From IMG/VR virus record IMGVR_UViG_3300036783_000113, positions 17,484-81,483 of that record: a stretch of 64,000 nt of DNA. The stretch is one strand, 5' to 3'. Origin of the DNA: a virus. Lineage: Duplodnaviria > Caudoviricetes. The position numbers and the translations under genes were made by a program. Below, one piece after another: positions 1 to 7,942 of this stretch; position 1 is the first letter of the stretch, and every line of letters begins with the position of its first letter. The notes under the pieces were generated by a model, which saw only the letters and a program-made list of their open reading frames with translations, had not been told where the DNA came from and did no database searches.

Positions 1-137
1 GGTTTTCAGTAGATACAGCAAAACGAAGATATGATAAGTCAATCGTTATTATGAAAGAGTATTACGAAACGATTTAACTTTACGAAGTTATGTATTTATG
101 ATAATCTTTAACTATAAAATATTTGGAGGTTTTACCA

Positions 138-737
138 TTGACAAACACAATTAATTTAAAAGAACTATTCGATATCCAAAAATCATTAGATGCTCATATC
201 GCTTCAAAACGTGGTTTAGTTCTAACTGAACGTATCTCATTAATGAAACGCTTCTTCGCTGGTATCGTTGAGTTTACAGAATGCGCTAATGACCATCAAG
301 AATCATTTAAGGATTGGAAGCCGAATAACCAACCTAAACCGACTACATTAGAAGAGTATGTTGATGGGTTACACTTCATCTTATCAAGTGGAAATAACTT
401 AGCTGCTGCTGGATTAATTCCTGATCCATCTACAACTGATTACTTACCAATCGTACTTGAATTCGGTGATGCTGATACACCTGCTGGAAAAGACGAAGTT
501 GTAATGTCTTACTTCACTAACGCTATCGGACTTGAACTTGAGTTATACGGCGGTTTACAACAAAGGATGCACGATTATCTATCTGAAGATTATCACGCTT
601 TAGTTTGCACGTATTTAGGACTTGCTAACCAAATCGGATTCTCTCCTGAAGAAATTAAAGCTGCTTACTTAACTAAAAACGAAGAAAACTTTGCACGACA
701 AAACGGTCAATCAACTAAAGAAGGATATGAAGCTTAA
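138..737 (+). CDS. dut: Dimeric (all-alpha) dUTPase
   Basis: Motifs ELFDIQKSLD, EFTECAN..FKDWK, LEEYVDGLHFILS and YLTKNEENFARQ match the dUTPase_2 family. Start placed at TTG 138 after GGAGG (125-129); the track start is 123. Confidence 0.85.
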   Translation: MTNTINLKELFDIQKSLDAHIASKRGLVLTERISLMKRFFAGIVEFTECANDHQESFKDWKPNNQPKPTTLEEYVDGLHFILSSGNNLAAAGLIPDPSTTDYLPIVLEFGDADTPAGKDEVVMSYFTNAIGLELELYGGLQQRMHDYLSEDYHALVCTYLGLANQIGFSPEEIKAAYLTKNEENFARQNGQSTKEGYEA

Positions 738-770
738 TTAACATCTACCTCCTTTTCCAGTAATTCACTA

Positions 771-800
771 TTGATTAACTTCAACGATAAATGTTATAAA
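771..800 (+). promoter_or_regulatory. sigmaA-like promoter of the rsfA-like gene
   Basis: TTGATT-18-TATAAA with TGn extended -10. Confidence 0.5.
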
Positions 801-865
801 TTAATTATAGCTAGTATCATTTGAGGTTAAAGTGAATATACTGTAAACAAGGAGGTAGATTTTTT

Positions 866-1447
866 ATGACTAAATCTAAAATTAAATATGGTGATTGGGA
901 AAATGACGATCTGTTACTTGTGGAGACTATCTTGCGGTATGTTAGGAATGGAGAAGCTATAAATGATGCTTGTAAGGAAGTTGAAGAGAAATTGGGTTAC
1001 ACTAGAACATTCACGACATTAAAACATAGATGGTTCACTGTATTAAAAAAGGATTATGAACATGCGTTTAATTTAGCATCAAGAGAAGGTAAAAAGAAAA
1101 AGAAGAAAAGATACAGACAATCTCAAAGTGTAAATCCTGATGAAGTCGGAATTAATGATGTGTTAAAAATAGTTAAGGCCTATAGTGAGAAAGTGGATAG
1201 AGAGGAAAACGAAAGGGTAAAGAATGAAGAACTCAAAAAGGAAAATGAAGCAATAAAAAATAGATTGAATAAGATTAAAAGTGAAATGGATATGATTTCT
1301 GATTTACTTGAATATGAGAAAGCAAAAAATAATGATTTAATTAAGACGATTCAAACTTTAAATTCAATCGGATTTAACTTGGATGAAAATAATAGAAAAA
1401 AGTTTAAAGTGGATAAACAGGGTGTTGTTGAAGTACCTGCTCGTTAA
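866..1447 (+). CDS. rsfA: RsfA/YlbO-family transcriptional regulator
   Basis: N-terminal W..DDLLLVETILRYVRNG...EV...L..T....RW...K.Y, central coiled coil and C-terminal FKVDKQGVVE resemble the RsfA family termini. RBS AAGGAGG. Confidence 0.75.
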   Translation: MTKSKIKYGDWENDDLLLVETILRYVRNGEAINDACKEVEEKLGYTRTFTTLKHRWFTVLKKDYEHAFNLASREGKKKKKKRYRQSQSVNPDEVGINDVLKIVKAYSEKVDREENERVKNEELKKENEAIKNRLNKIKSEMDMISDLLEYEKAKNNDLIKTIQTLNSIGFNLDENNRKKFKVDKQGVVEVPAR

Positions 1448-1543
1448 GAGTTGGGTACTTTTTTGTGTACATAATTATTTTGACTTTTTAGTATTTAAAA
1501 TGGTATATTTTACACAAGAACTAATGTTTGGAGTTGATTGATT

Positions 1544-1732
1544 ATGGAATGGTTATTTTTTACTTTTATCTATTTAATTATTGGTTATATAGTTGCTTAT
1601 AAAAATGGTTTTAAAGGTGGATATTTAATATTTTGGGTTATAGCTTGGTTTCCTATGTTATTTGTCGCTTTATGTATTATCGGATTGATGATTTACGAAG
1701 AAAGAAAAGGATCACGAAAATGGAAACGATGA
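1544..1732 (+). CDS. Small membrane protein
   Basis: Two hydrophobic segments; GGAG RBS. Confidence 0.55.
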   Translation: MEWLFFTFIYLIIGYIVAYKNGFKGGYLIFWVIAWFPMLFVALCIIGLMIYEERKGSRKWKR

Positions 1733-1845
1733 TTTGTGTATTCATTTTTATTTACGGTTTAAGTTTAGCTATTCACTTAGAAGATTATTATTATGGAGGT
1801 GTTAACGATGCAAAGAGCAAAGTTACAGAAGGAAGAGAAATTTAA
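1720..1845 (+). CDS. Small hypothetical protein
   Basis: ATG 1720 after AAAGGA; overlaps neighbours as in an operon. Confidence 0.45.
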   Translation: METMICVFIFIYGLSLAIHLEDYYYGGVNDAKSKVTEGREI

Positions 1846-2068
1846 ACAATCTTTAAAATCATATGGAGAGAACGATAATCGCCCCTTCATCCGAATTAGA
1901 GAATTTAAATTAGAAGATGAAAAAGATTACGCTGCAAAAGAAGAACGTGTTCAAAAAGAGAAAGAACGTATCGCTAAAATAACTGGTGATGATACTAAGA
2001 ATATTCATTTACAAGATAATTGGGGTAACTCTGAAGTATATGATTTCGCAAATCGCCCTCTCCGATAG
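1808..2068 (+). CDS. Hypothetical protein
   Basis: GGAGGT RBS, ATG 1808. Confidence 0.55.
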   Translation: MQRAKLQKEEKFKQSLKSYGENDNRPFIRIREFKLEDEKDYAAKEERVQKEKERIAKITGDDTKNIHLQDNWGNSEVYDFANRPLR

Positions 2069-2177
2069 GACAGGCTGAAGTTGAAGTTGATATTTTGTCG
2101 AAAAGTATTTTAAAGCAATAAAGCCTATTGTATCGGTAAGGGATGACACTTGGAAATAATTACTAAGGACAAATTAC

Positions 2178-2206
2178 TTGACAAGTTTAAAATAGTCCTG
2201 TACTAT
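2178..2206 (+). promoter_or_regulatory. sigmaA promoter P1 of the non-coding locus
   Basis: TTGACA-17-TACTAT. Confidence 0.75.
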
Positions 2207-2314
2207 TAAGAGTATAGACTATCGCGGTTAAGTTATATCGTAAATAATATATAATTCTATTTATTACTTTACAAGTTAAGTTATTAAAGAGTTAATATAA
2301 CTTTAACAAAAGTG

Positions 2315-2343
2315 TTGACAAGTTATTTAATAACTGTTAAGAT
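2315..2343 (+). promoter_or_regulatory. sigmaA promoter P2 with palindromic spacer
   Basis: TTGACA-17-TAAGAT with TGn; the spacer contains the palindrome AGTTATT-T-AATAACT (2321-2335). Confidence 0.75.
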
Positions 2344-2447
2344 TAACTTATAAACATTAAACGTTTATGCCATGTGTTTTCTCTCTTTTCATATCTTGGA
2401 TCAGACTTTTCTACATCGGTTATACGAGTGGCTGGTGTAGAAATAAT

Positions 2448-2524
2448 GGCGTTTGTAGCATTGTAGGAAATGCACCCTAAGAATCCCTTAGGTAGATGGT
2501 GTTCGACTCACCCTTACGTCACCA
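2448..2524 (+). tRNA. tRNA-like element 1 (8/4 fold, non-canonical anticodon loop GAAUCCC)
   Basis: D arm GCAT/ATGC with GG; T loop TTCGACT; encoded ACCA 3' end; anticodon-like stem CCTAA/TTAGG lacking U33 and purine 37. Confidence 0.65.
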
Positions 2525-3160
2525 AAATAAACACATTAAGTTGTCTTTTTTGACTGTTAGGAAAGACTAACATTAAACTATAAAATCTTAGTCATGTTGA
2601 GATAGTTTAGGCGAAACCCTAAATAAATCATATCCGTCCTACTGCGATATTAAAAAAGAAGGCAAACATGACGTGGCGACACTGTTCGCGGACACGATAA
2701 GAAATAAACAGATGTCAGTAAAGACTCGAAAATCCAAGAGAAGGAAAACTCACGTACAGAAAACCCGAAAACGACAATTCGTAAAAATGGTTCTTGTTCA
2801 CAAAGAAAAGTAGCTTTAAAACCTGTTAAGGCAAGAAACATTAATTCTTCCGAATTTAACTTCCGGTATACGTCCTGCATGTTCTGACAGGAGGTTGCGA
2901 AAACTTTATATCAACTACAGTAAATAAGATTTGGACATGGTTTTAATTACTGGTTGATCCTACGGTTAAAGTAAAAGGTTAAAGAACCGTCTAGTCCCTA
3001 GTATAAAGTTCAGGTTTAAATGCGAACGTACTTTATACGTGAAAACTTTCCAAAACGTTATTCGCATACGGTTAGTGGTTATCGCATTAAGTTGAAAGGT
3101 TATGAGTGCGATAAAAAATAATTGTTTGTTTTCGTTGAGCCAACTTAACTGTTGGCAATA
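2525..3160 (+). ncRNA. Candidate large structured ncRNA
   Basis: No convincing ORF; at least 10 hairpins found by eye (incl. a GCGA tetraloop and multibranch junctions); lies between two tRNA-like elements downstream of strong promoters. Confidence 0.5.
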
Positions 3161-3161
3161 T

Positions 3162-3237
3162 GGGTTGTAGTTTAAATGGGAAGAACAAATTCTCTCAGTG
3201 AATATACGTGTTAGGTTCGAATCCTGACCAACCCACC
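3162..3237 (+). tRNA. tRNA-like element 2 (6/6 fold, anticodon UCA, C33)
   Basis: Acceptor GGGTTG/CAACCC; D arm GTTT/GAAC; loop TCTCAGT; 6-bp T stem with TTCGAAT; A discriminator followed by CC. Confidence 0.7.
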
Positions 3238-3241
3238 TCAT

Positions 3242-3305
3242 GTAGGATTATGGTATTGCTTTTACGTCATGGTTTTGCAAGGTGGTTCGACTCCACTATC
3301 CTACT
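3242..3305 (+). tRNA. tRNA-like element 3 (D-armless)
   Basis: Perfect acceptor GTAGGAT/ATCCTAC and T arm GGTGG-TTCGACT-CCACT; only 32 nt between them, with no D stem. Confidence 0.6.
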
Positions 3306-3435
3306 ACTATCATGGTGAGAAATCACCACCTAACCCCCTTAGGTTCGTGAGTTAAATTGTTTTCATTTTAAATTTCTCCTTTCTAACTAAGTAAAAAGTA
3401 AGCATTGGTCTTAATTGGCTGGTGCTTATTTTTTT
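3306..3435 (+). ncRNA. sRNA-like 3' module with C-rich loop and anti-RBS tract
   Basis: GAAA-tetraloop hairpin 3313-3328, CCCCC-loop hairpin 3329-3343, pyrimidine tract 3360-3384, then a terminator. Confidence 0.4.
3399..3435 (+). terminator. Intrinsic terminator ending the non-coding unit
   Basis: 12-bp stem (with G-U pairs) followed by a T7 tract. Confidence 0.7.
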
Positions 3436-3477
3436 GTAATTTTTGGTATTAATGGTTTTTTGAAAGGAAGTGTTAAT

Positions 3478-3891
3478 ATGGCTGAAGTTACAAATAAACT
3501 AAAAGCTAATTTAGAAAAGACTCCAAACGGACAGGAATTACTGGCTGTAGAAGATGTTGACGGTGTTAAGGCTGTACCTATGGTGTTGGTTACTATCGAT
3601 GTAAACGGTAAGTATACTTATGCTGGATCATTAGGTGGAGGTGGCGGTTTAACTGCTGAAGAAGTTAATACGATGTTAGCTGGTTATTCTAAAACTGACC
3701 ACAATCACGATTCTGTATACGCTAAAACATCTGCTTTAAGTGGTTATGCTACAACTGCTAATTTGAACGCTAAGTTAACAGCAAACAAAATGACTAATAT
3801 TCCTAATAGTGCCGCTACTGATGTAACTGGTGCTGTAGCTGATATTAATAAAATATTAGCTGGATTAAAAACTGCTGGAATTATGCTTTAA
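3478..3891 (+). CDS. Head fibre/decoration-like protein
   Basis: C-terminal ATDVTGAVADINKILAGLKTAGIM resembles the head-fibre motif; HNH metal-binding-type motif as in fibres. Confidence 0.55.
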   Translation: MAEVTNKLKANLEKTPNGQELLAVEDVDGVKAVPMVLVTIDVNGKYTYAGSLGGGGGLTAEEVNTMLAGYSKTDHNHDSVYAKTSALSGYATTANLNAKLTANKMTNIPNSAATDVTGAVADINKILAGLKTAGIML

Positions 3892-3894
3892 AAG

Positions 3895-3919
3895 GAATCG
3901 CTCCGGCGGTTCTTTTTTT
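3895..3919 (+). terminator. Intrinsic terminator
   Basis: GAATCGC-TCCG-GCGGTTC plus T7. Confidence 0.75.
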
Positions 3920-3972
3920 ATTTGTTCAAATGAGTAATATTGGTTTATAGAAAAGTAAGGATGGTGAGGAAA

Positions 3973-4839
3973 ATGTCAGAAGTAAAACAGTATTTAACTA
4001 AAGAAGGTGAAGTATTTGAAACTTTAGTTGAATTAGGTGGAGCAAATCCGAAGGACTATGATTTAACATTATTACAAGCTGCTGAAGCGCGCGTTATCAA
4101 AGGTACAAATAAAACGTTACAAACAGCATTGAATAGTTTATCCGGTTTTAAGAATTTCAAGAATGACGGAGTTAAAGTTAAGGATGCTAAAGATGCTGAA
4201 TTCGATGAATACGGATTAAGTGACTCTTTTTATACTCAACAACAAATGAATTATATAAGAAGTTCAATCGATAAATACCGCAATGGTTACGATATCGCTA
4301 CACCTTATCAAGAGACTGGTGTTATCCAGCTTGCTAAATTCGAATGGACAATCACTGAATTAGGAACTAAGATTGCTCAAAACCCTAAGAAGGATGATAT
4401 AGCAAGTTTAAAGATGATACAAGAATTACACGCTAAACTTTCTAATGATTTAAAGTTAACAACAAGACAATCTGTAGGCGATGCTAATTCTGAAGATATG
4501 TTCACTAACGCGTGTATCGATTATGAAAAACGTTTTAGAGGTGAGTATTTCGCATTTGAAGAAGTTGAAGACAGGGATGCGATGCAAGAAGTAATGATTA
4601 AGTATGCTGATCGTATAGTTGATTTTATGAAAGAGTCGTCAACTTATTTCCACTTCAGAAAGAAAATCGCTGATGAATTAGATGTTAAGCCGAAAGAACT
4701 TAAACAAATCGGACTATTTACTATAGAAGAGTTTTATGATTTCCTTCAAATAAATGCCGATAGAAAAATGATTCAAGATAAGAATGATTTAACGTTCGAT
4801 GATAACTTTAAAGATAAGGGTGATTCGGATGGAAATTAA
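3973..4839 (+). CDS. terS: Terminase small subunit (putative)
   Basis: Immediately upstream of, and overlapping, TerL; helical protein. Confidence 0.55.
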   Translation: MSEVKQYLTKEGEVFETLVELGGANPKDYDLTLLQAAEARVIKGTNKTLQTALNSLSGFKNFKNDGVKVKDAKDAEFDEYGLSDSFYTQQQMNYIRSSIDKYRNGYDIATPYQETGVIQLAKFEWTITELGTKIAQNPKKDDIASLKMIQELHAKLSNDLKLTTRQSVGDANSEDMFTNACIDYEKRFRGEYFAFEEVEDRDAMQEVMIKYADRIVDFMKESSTYFHFRKKIADELDVKPKELKQIGLFTIEEFYDFLQINADRKMIQDKNDLTFDDNFKDKGDSDGN

Positions 4840-6457
4840 ACCAGTAGTTGGTCATGTTTCTTCTATAGATAAGAATAGACGGCAATATATACGTGAAGTT
4901 AGAAAAGGTGTAAGGCGTTCTCAAATTGACCTTATCGAATTCATTCATTATTACCGTTCACATCCGGTAGAAGCTTGTTATGATTTATTAGGCATTTCAT
5001 TAATGCCGTATCAGAAAGAACTTCTTCGTAATTCGTGGGGAAAAGCATTCCCTCTTTGGGTTATGAGTCGTGGATCAGGTAAATCATATCTTGCTGCAAT
5101 TGATATGGGACTGAATGCTATATTGTTCCCTAACATGCGTATCGGTATTATTGCTCCTTCTTATCGTCAGTCTAAATTCTTATTCCTTAAATTTAAAGAG
5201 GAAGTATACAACAAGTCAAAACTGTTAAGAAAATTCGTTACTGGTAATATGAAAGAAGGTAATGAAGAGTGTAAAGTTCAATTCTCAAATGGTTCATTTA
5301 TTCAGGCCTTACCTTTCGGTGATGGTTCTACGATTCGTGGTCAGCGTTATAATACTATTTATATAGATGAATATGCTGCAATTGACGAACAGATCGTACG
5401 ACTTGTAGTTGAGCCGATGTTAACTGTTAAACGTGGATTCGACCCTGATAATCCTGATGATTCAGAAGGAAACCGTGTTGTAATATTTTCTTCTGCTTAT
5501 TACACTTGGAATCATTTTTATGAAGCGACTCAACGTTACTTGAGCCGTATTAAAGGTGGGGATGATGATTATTACGTAGCTATAGTCGATTATCACATGC
5601 CTTTAAAATATGGATTATACGATGAAAGAGCAATCACAAAAGCGAAGAAAGATAATACTGAAGGTGACTTTTTAATGGAGTATGGTTCTGTATTCCAAAG
5701 TGAAAGTCAAGGCTCTTGGATTCCTACAATGGTATTTGACAGAAGGGTTGTATGGGATCAGGATTTAGAACCGCAATTAGTTGGTAGTAGAAATAAGGAA
5801 TACGGTTTATATTGTGACTTCTCTATCTCACAAAAAGATTCAGCCGATAATACAACGTTCCTTATTTGTGAACTTGAACCAACTGGAAAGAATAAACCGA
5901 TTTTAGTTCGCGGTGAAAAAGGATTAACTTTAGATGCTATCCACGCGCGTATGAGAAAGTATGATGCTGATTTCAACTTACGTCATATTTGGATGGATGG
6001 TGAGAAATTAGGATTAGCTCTTAAAGGTTATTTAGAAAAGCCATATACAAACCCTGAAACTGGTGAAGAACAAATGCCGCTACTTGATATAGAAGGAAAT
6101 AATCCTGATGTAATTGGTAAGAAGTTCGTTAAGTATTTCCGACATAGCGCTGAAAACAATCACAACATGGGACTTGCTGCAAAACGTATGGTTGAACAAA
6201 GACGTATAGTTATGCCTGTATTACAAGATCGTCACGAAAACCCTGACATCGAATTAGCATTCCTTGAGTTATTAGCAATGAAGAAAGAGGTTACGCAAAT
6301 CAAAGCTGTACCGAGTGGAATGTACTATAAGTTTGAACAGGAGAAAAAGTCAACTCTTAAACGTGATAGATGGACGGTATTTGCTTATAGCTGCATGGCA
6401 TTAGAGGATCGTTTACACGGTGAAGAAGACGACGATTACTATTTCGCGGTTGTCTAG
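4829..6457 (+). CDS. terL: Terminase large subunit
   Basis: Walker A SRGSGKS, IRGQRYNTIYIDE Walker B, and a C-terminal nuclease with acidic residues. Confidence 0.92.
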   Translation: MEIKPVVGHVSSIDKNRRQYIREVRKGVRRSQIDLIEFIHYYRSHPVEACYDLLGISLMPYQKELLRNSWGKAFPLWVMSRGSGKSYLAAIDMGLNAILFPNMRIGIIAPSYRQSKFLFLKFKEEVYNKSKLLRKFVTGNMKEGNEECKVQFSNGSFIQALPFGDGSTIRGQRYNTIYIDEYAAIDEQIVRLVVEPMLTVKRGFDPDNPDDSEGNRVVIFSSAYYTWNHFYEATQRYLSRIKGGDDDYYVAIVDYHMPLKYGLYDERAITKAKKDNTEGDFLMEYGSVFQSESQGSWIPTMVFDRRVVWDQDLEPQLVGSRNKEYGLYCDFSISQKDSADNTTFLICELEPTGKNKPILVRGEKGLTLDAIHARMRKYDADFNLRHIWMDGEKLGLALKGYLEKPYTNPETGEEQMPLLDIEGNNPDVIGKKFVKYFRHSAENNHNMGLAAKRMVEQRRIVMPVLQDRHENPDIELAFLELLAMKKEVTQIKAVPSGMYYKFEQEKKSTLKRDRWTVFAYSCMALEDRLHGEEDDDYYFAVV

Positions 6458-6560
6458 CCCTAGTCAGAAGAAAAAACTTATTCTTTGGTCAGGGCTATTG
6501 CGAAATTAAAATATACACTTTGTAATACTGTTTTATAGAAATTGAGGAAGGAGGTTGAAC

Positions 6561-7931
6561 ATGGAAGAAGAAGTTGCTACTGGCGGTTATAAACCGAAGA
6601 CTGAAGCTGAATACGCGTTCGGTTCTGCTGATAATGCCGAAGAAAGAACACGTTATAGCTCTAAGGTTATGCACAACGCCGGATTAGAAACAAATAAACT
6701 ATTGGCTGATTACCAAAACAATTTCCCTGATATTGTAAGCCTTGCTCATTTCTACACCGACAAGATAGGTCTTATCAAGTCCAGTATTCGTGTTTATGTT
6801 ACCTTTACATATGGTGACATTTTATTTGATGGTGGTACTAAGAAAAACTTAAAGTTTTGTCAAACCATGAAAAAGAAACTTAAATTAAACAAGATATTGA
6901 GACAAAGTTTACAAGACCTATATAAAGCCGGAAACTTCTTTTGGTATCGCGAAAAAGACACTAAAGGAAATACAGCTTGGATTCATCAATTAGCTCCTGC
7001 TGATGTTAAAGTTAAAGGTCATCATAAGGATCGACCTGTTGCTGAAATAAATTTCCAAACGACTGATGAAGATACTATTCCATTCGGATTATCGAAAGGA
7101 AACTATGGTGGTTACAAATTACCTTTAGAACAATCCTACCATTGCGCGATTGATCGAGAAGGATATAGTCGTTATGGAAAATCAATTGTTACAGCTGCTT
7201 TCGAGCCTATCCAACACATTGAAGAGTTAATGGATATGGAGAAAGAAACAATCGATCAAGTTATTGACTTTATGATTATCTTTACTATTGGTGATAAAGA
7301 TAGACCAGCTGGCGAAACAGCAATCAAAAAGTTGACTGAAAAAGTACAGAACTTGAAAAACAGTTCTCGTTTAGTTGGTAATCACACTTTAAAAGCTGAT
7401 GCAATTAAACCTGATACAGCATTATTCAATCCTGATAAATATGAAGTGCCGATGAAAATGTTATTACAATCATTAGGTATCACTCCATCTATATTTACAG
7501 GTGAAGGAAGTTATGCTACTGCAACTGCTGGTATGATGTCAGCAAAACAAACGATGGAAAATGCGCGCGAAGAAGTTATTGATGCGCTAGATCAACTCTT
7601 TTATGATATGGCTGTAGAAGCTGGATTAAATCCTGAAAACAATCCAACTATTAAGTTAGGAAAGTTAAATCTTACTGATGAAAAAGTTCAACATACTATC
7701 TTACGAGATTTATTCCTTGACGGTATTCTTTCGGCTGATACTTATGCTGAACAACATGGATATGATCTTGAAACTGAACAGAACGAAATCAAAGAAGAGA
7801 AGAAATACAAAATTGAACCACGCCCTATGTCAAGTACAATGTCATTTGGCGGCGAAGGTGGTCGTCCTTCTGATTCACCTCAAGGGGCAAACCCTGATAA
7901 CCCTGATAAGAAACCATCAAGGGATCAATAG
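6561..7931 (+). CDS. Portal protein
   Basis: Follows TerL; ~456 aa; YGKSIV motif. Confidence 0.75.
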   Translation: MEEEVATGGYKPKTEAEYAFGSADNAEERTRYSSKVMHNAGLETNKLLADYQNNFPDIVSLAHFYTDKIGLIKSSIRVYVTFTYGDILFDGGTKKNLKFCQTMKKKLKLNKILRQSLQDLYKAGNFFWYREKDTKGNTAWIHQLAPADVKVKGHHKDRPVAEINFQTTDEDTIPFGLSKGNYGGYKLPLEQSYHCAIDREGYSRYGKSIVTAAFEPIQHIEELMDMEKETIDQVIDFMIIFTIGDKDRPAGETAIKKLTEKVQNLKNSSRLVGNHTLKADAIKPDTALFNPDKYEVPMKMLLQSLGITPSIFTGEGSYATATAGMMSAKQTMENAREEVIDALDQLFYDMAVEAGLNPENNPTIKLGKLNLTDEKVQHTILRDLFLDGILSADTYAEQHGYDLETEQNEIKEEKKYKIEPRPMSSTMSFGGEGGRPSDSPQGANPDNPDKKPSRDQ

Positions 7932-7942
7932 GAGGTGAAAAA

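Noticed and set aside
2650-2880. 76-aa minus-strand ORF, and a 33-aa K/R-rich plus-strand ORF at 2712-2813
   Set aside because: Neither has a good RBS. The basic composition follows from A-rich linkers, and the region is better explained as structured RNA.
2525-3160. Group I intron or RNase P RNA
   Set aside because: GACTA/TAGTC pentamers occur, but no interrupted gene flanks the region and I could not build the P3-P7 core or the RNase P P4 signature by eye. A covariance search is still advisable.
2448-3305. tmRNA (one- or two-piece)
   Set aside because: Each T arm has its own local acceptor partner; there is no G3-U70 alanine acceptor and no tag ORF ending in an ALAA-like sequence.
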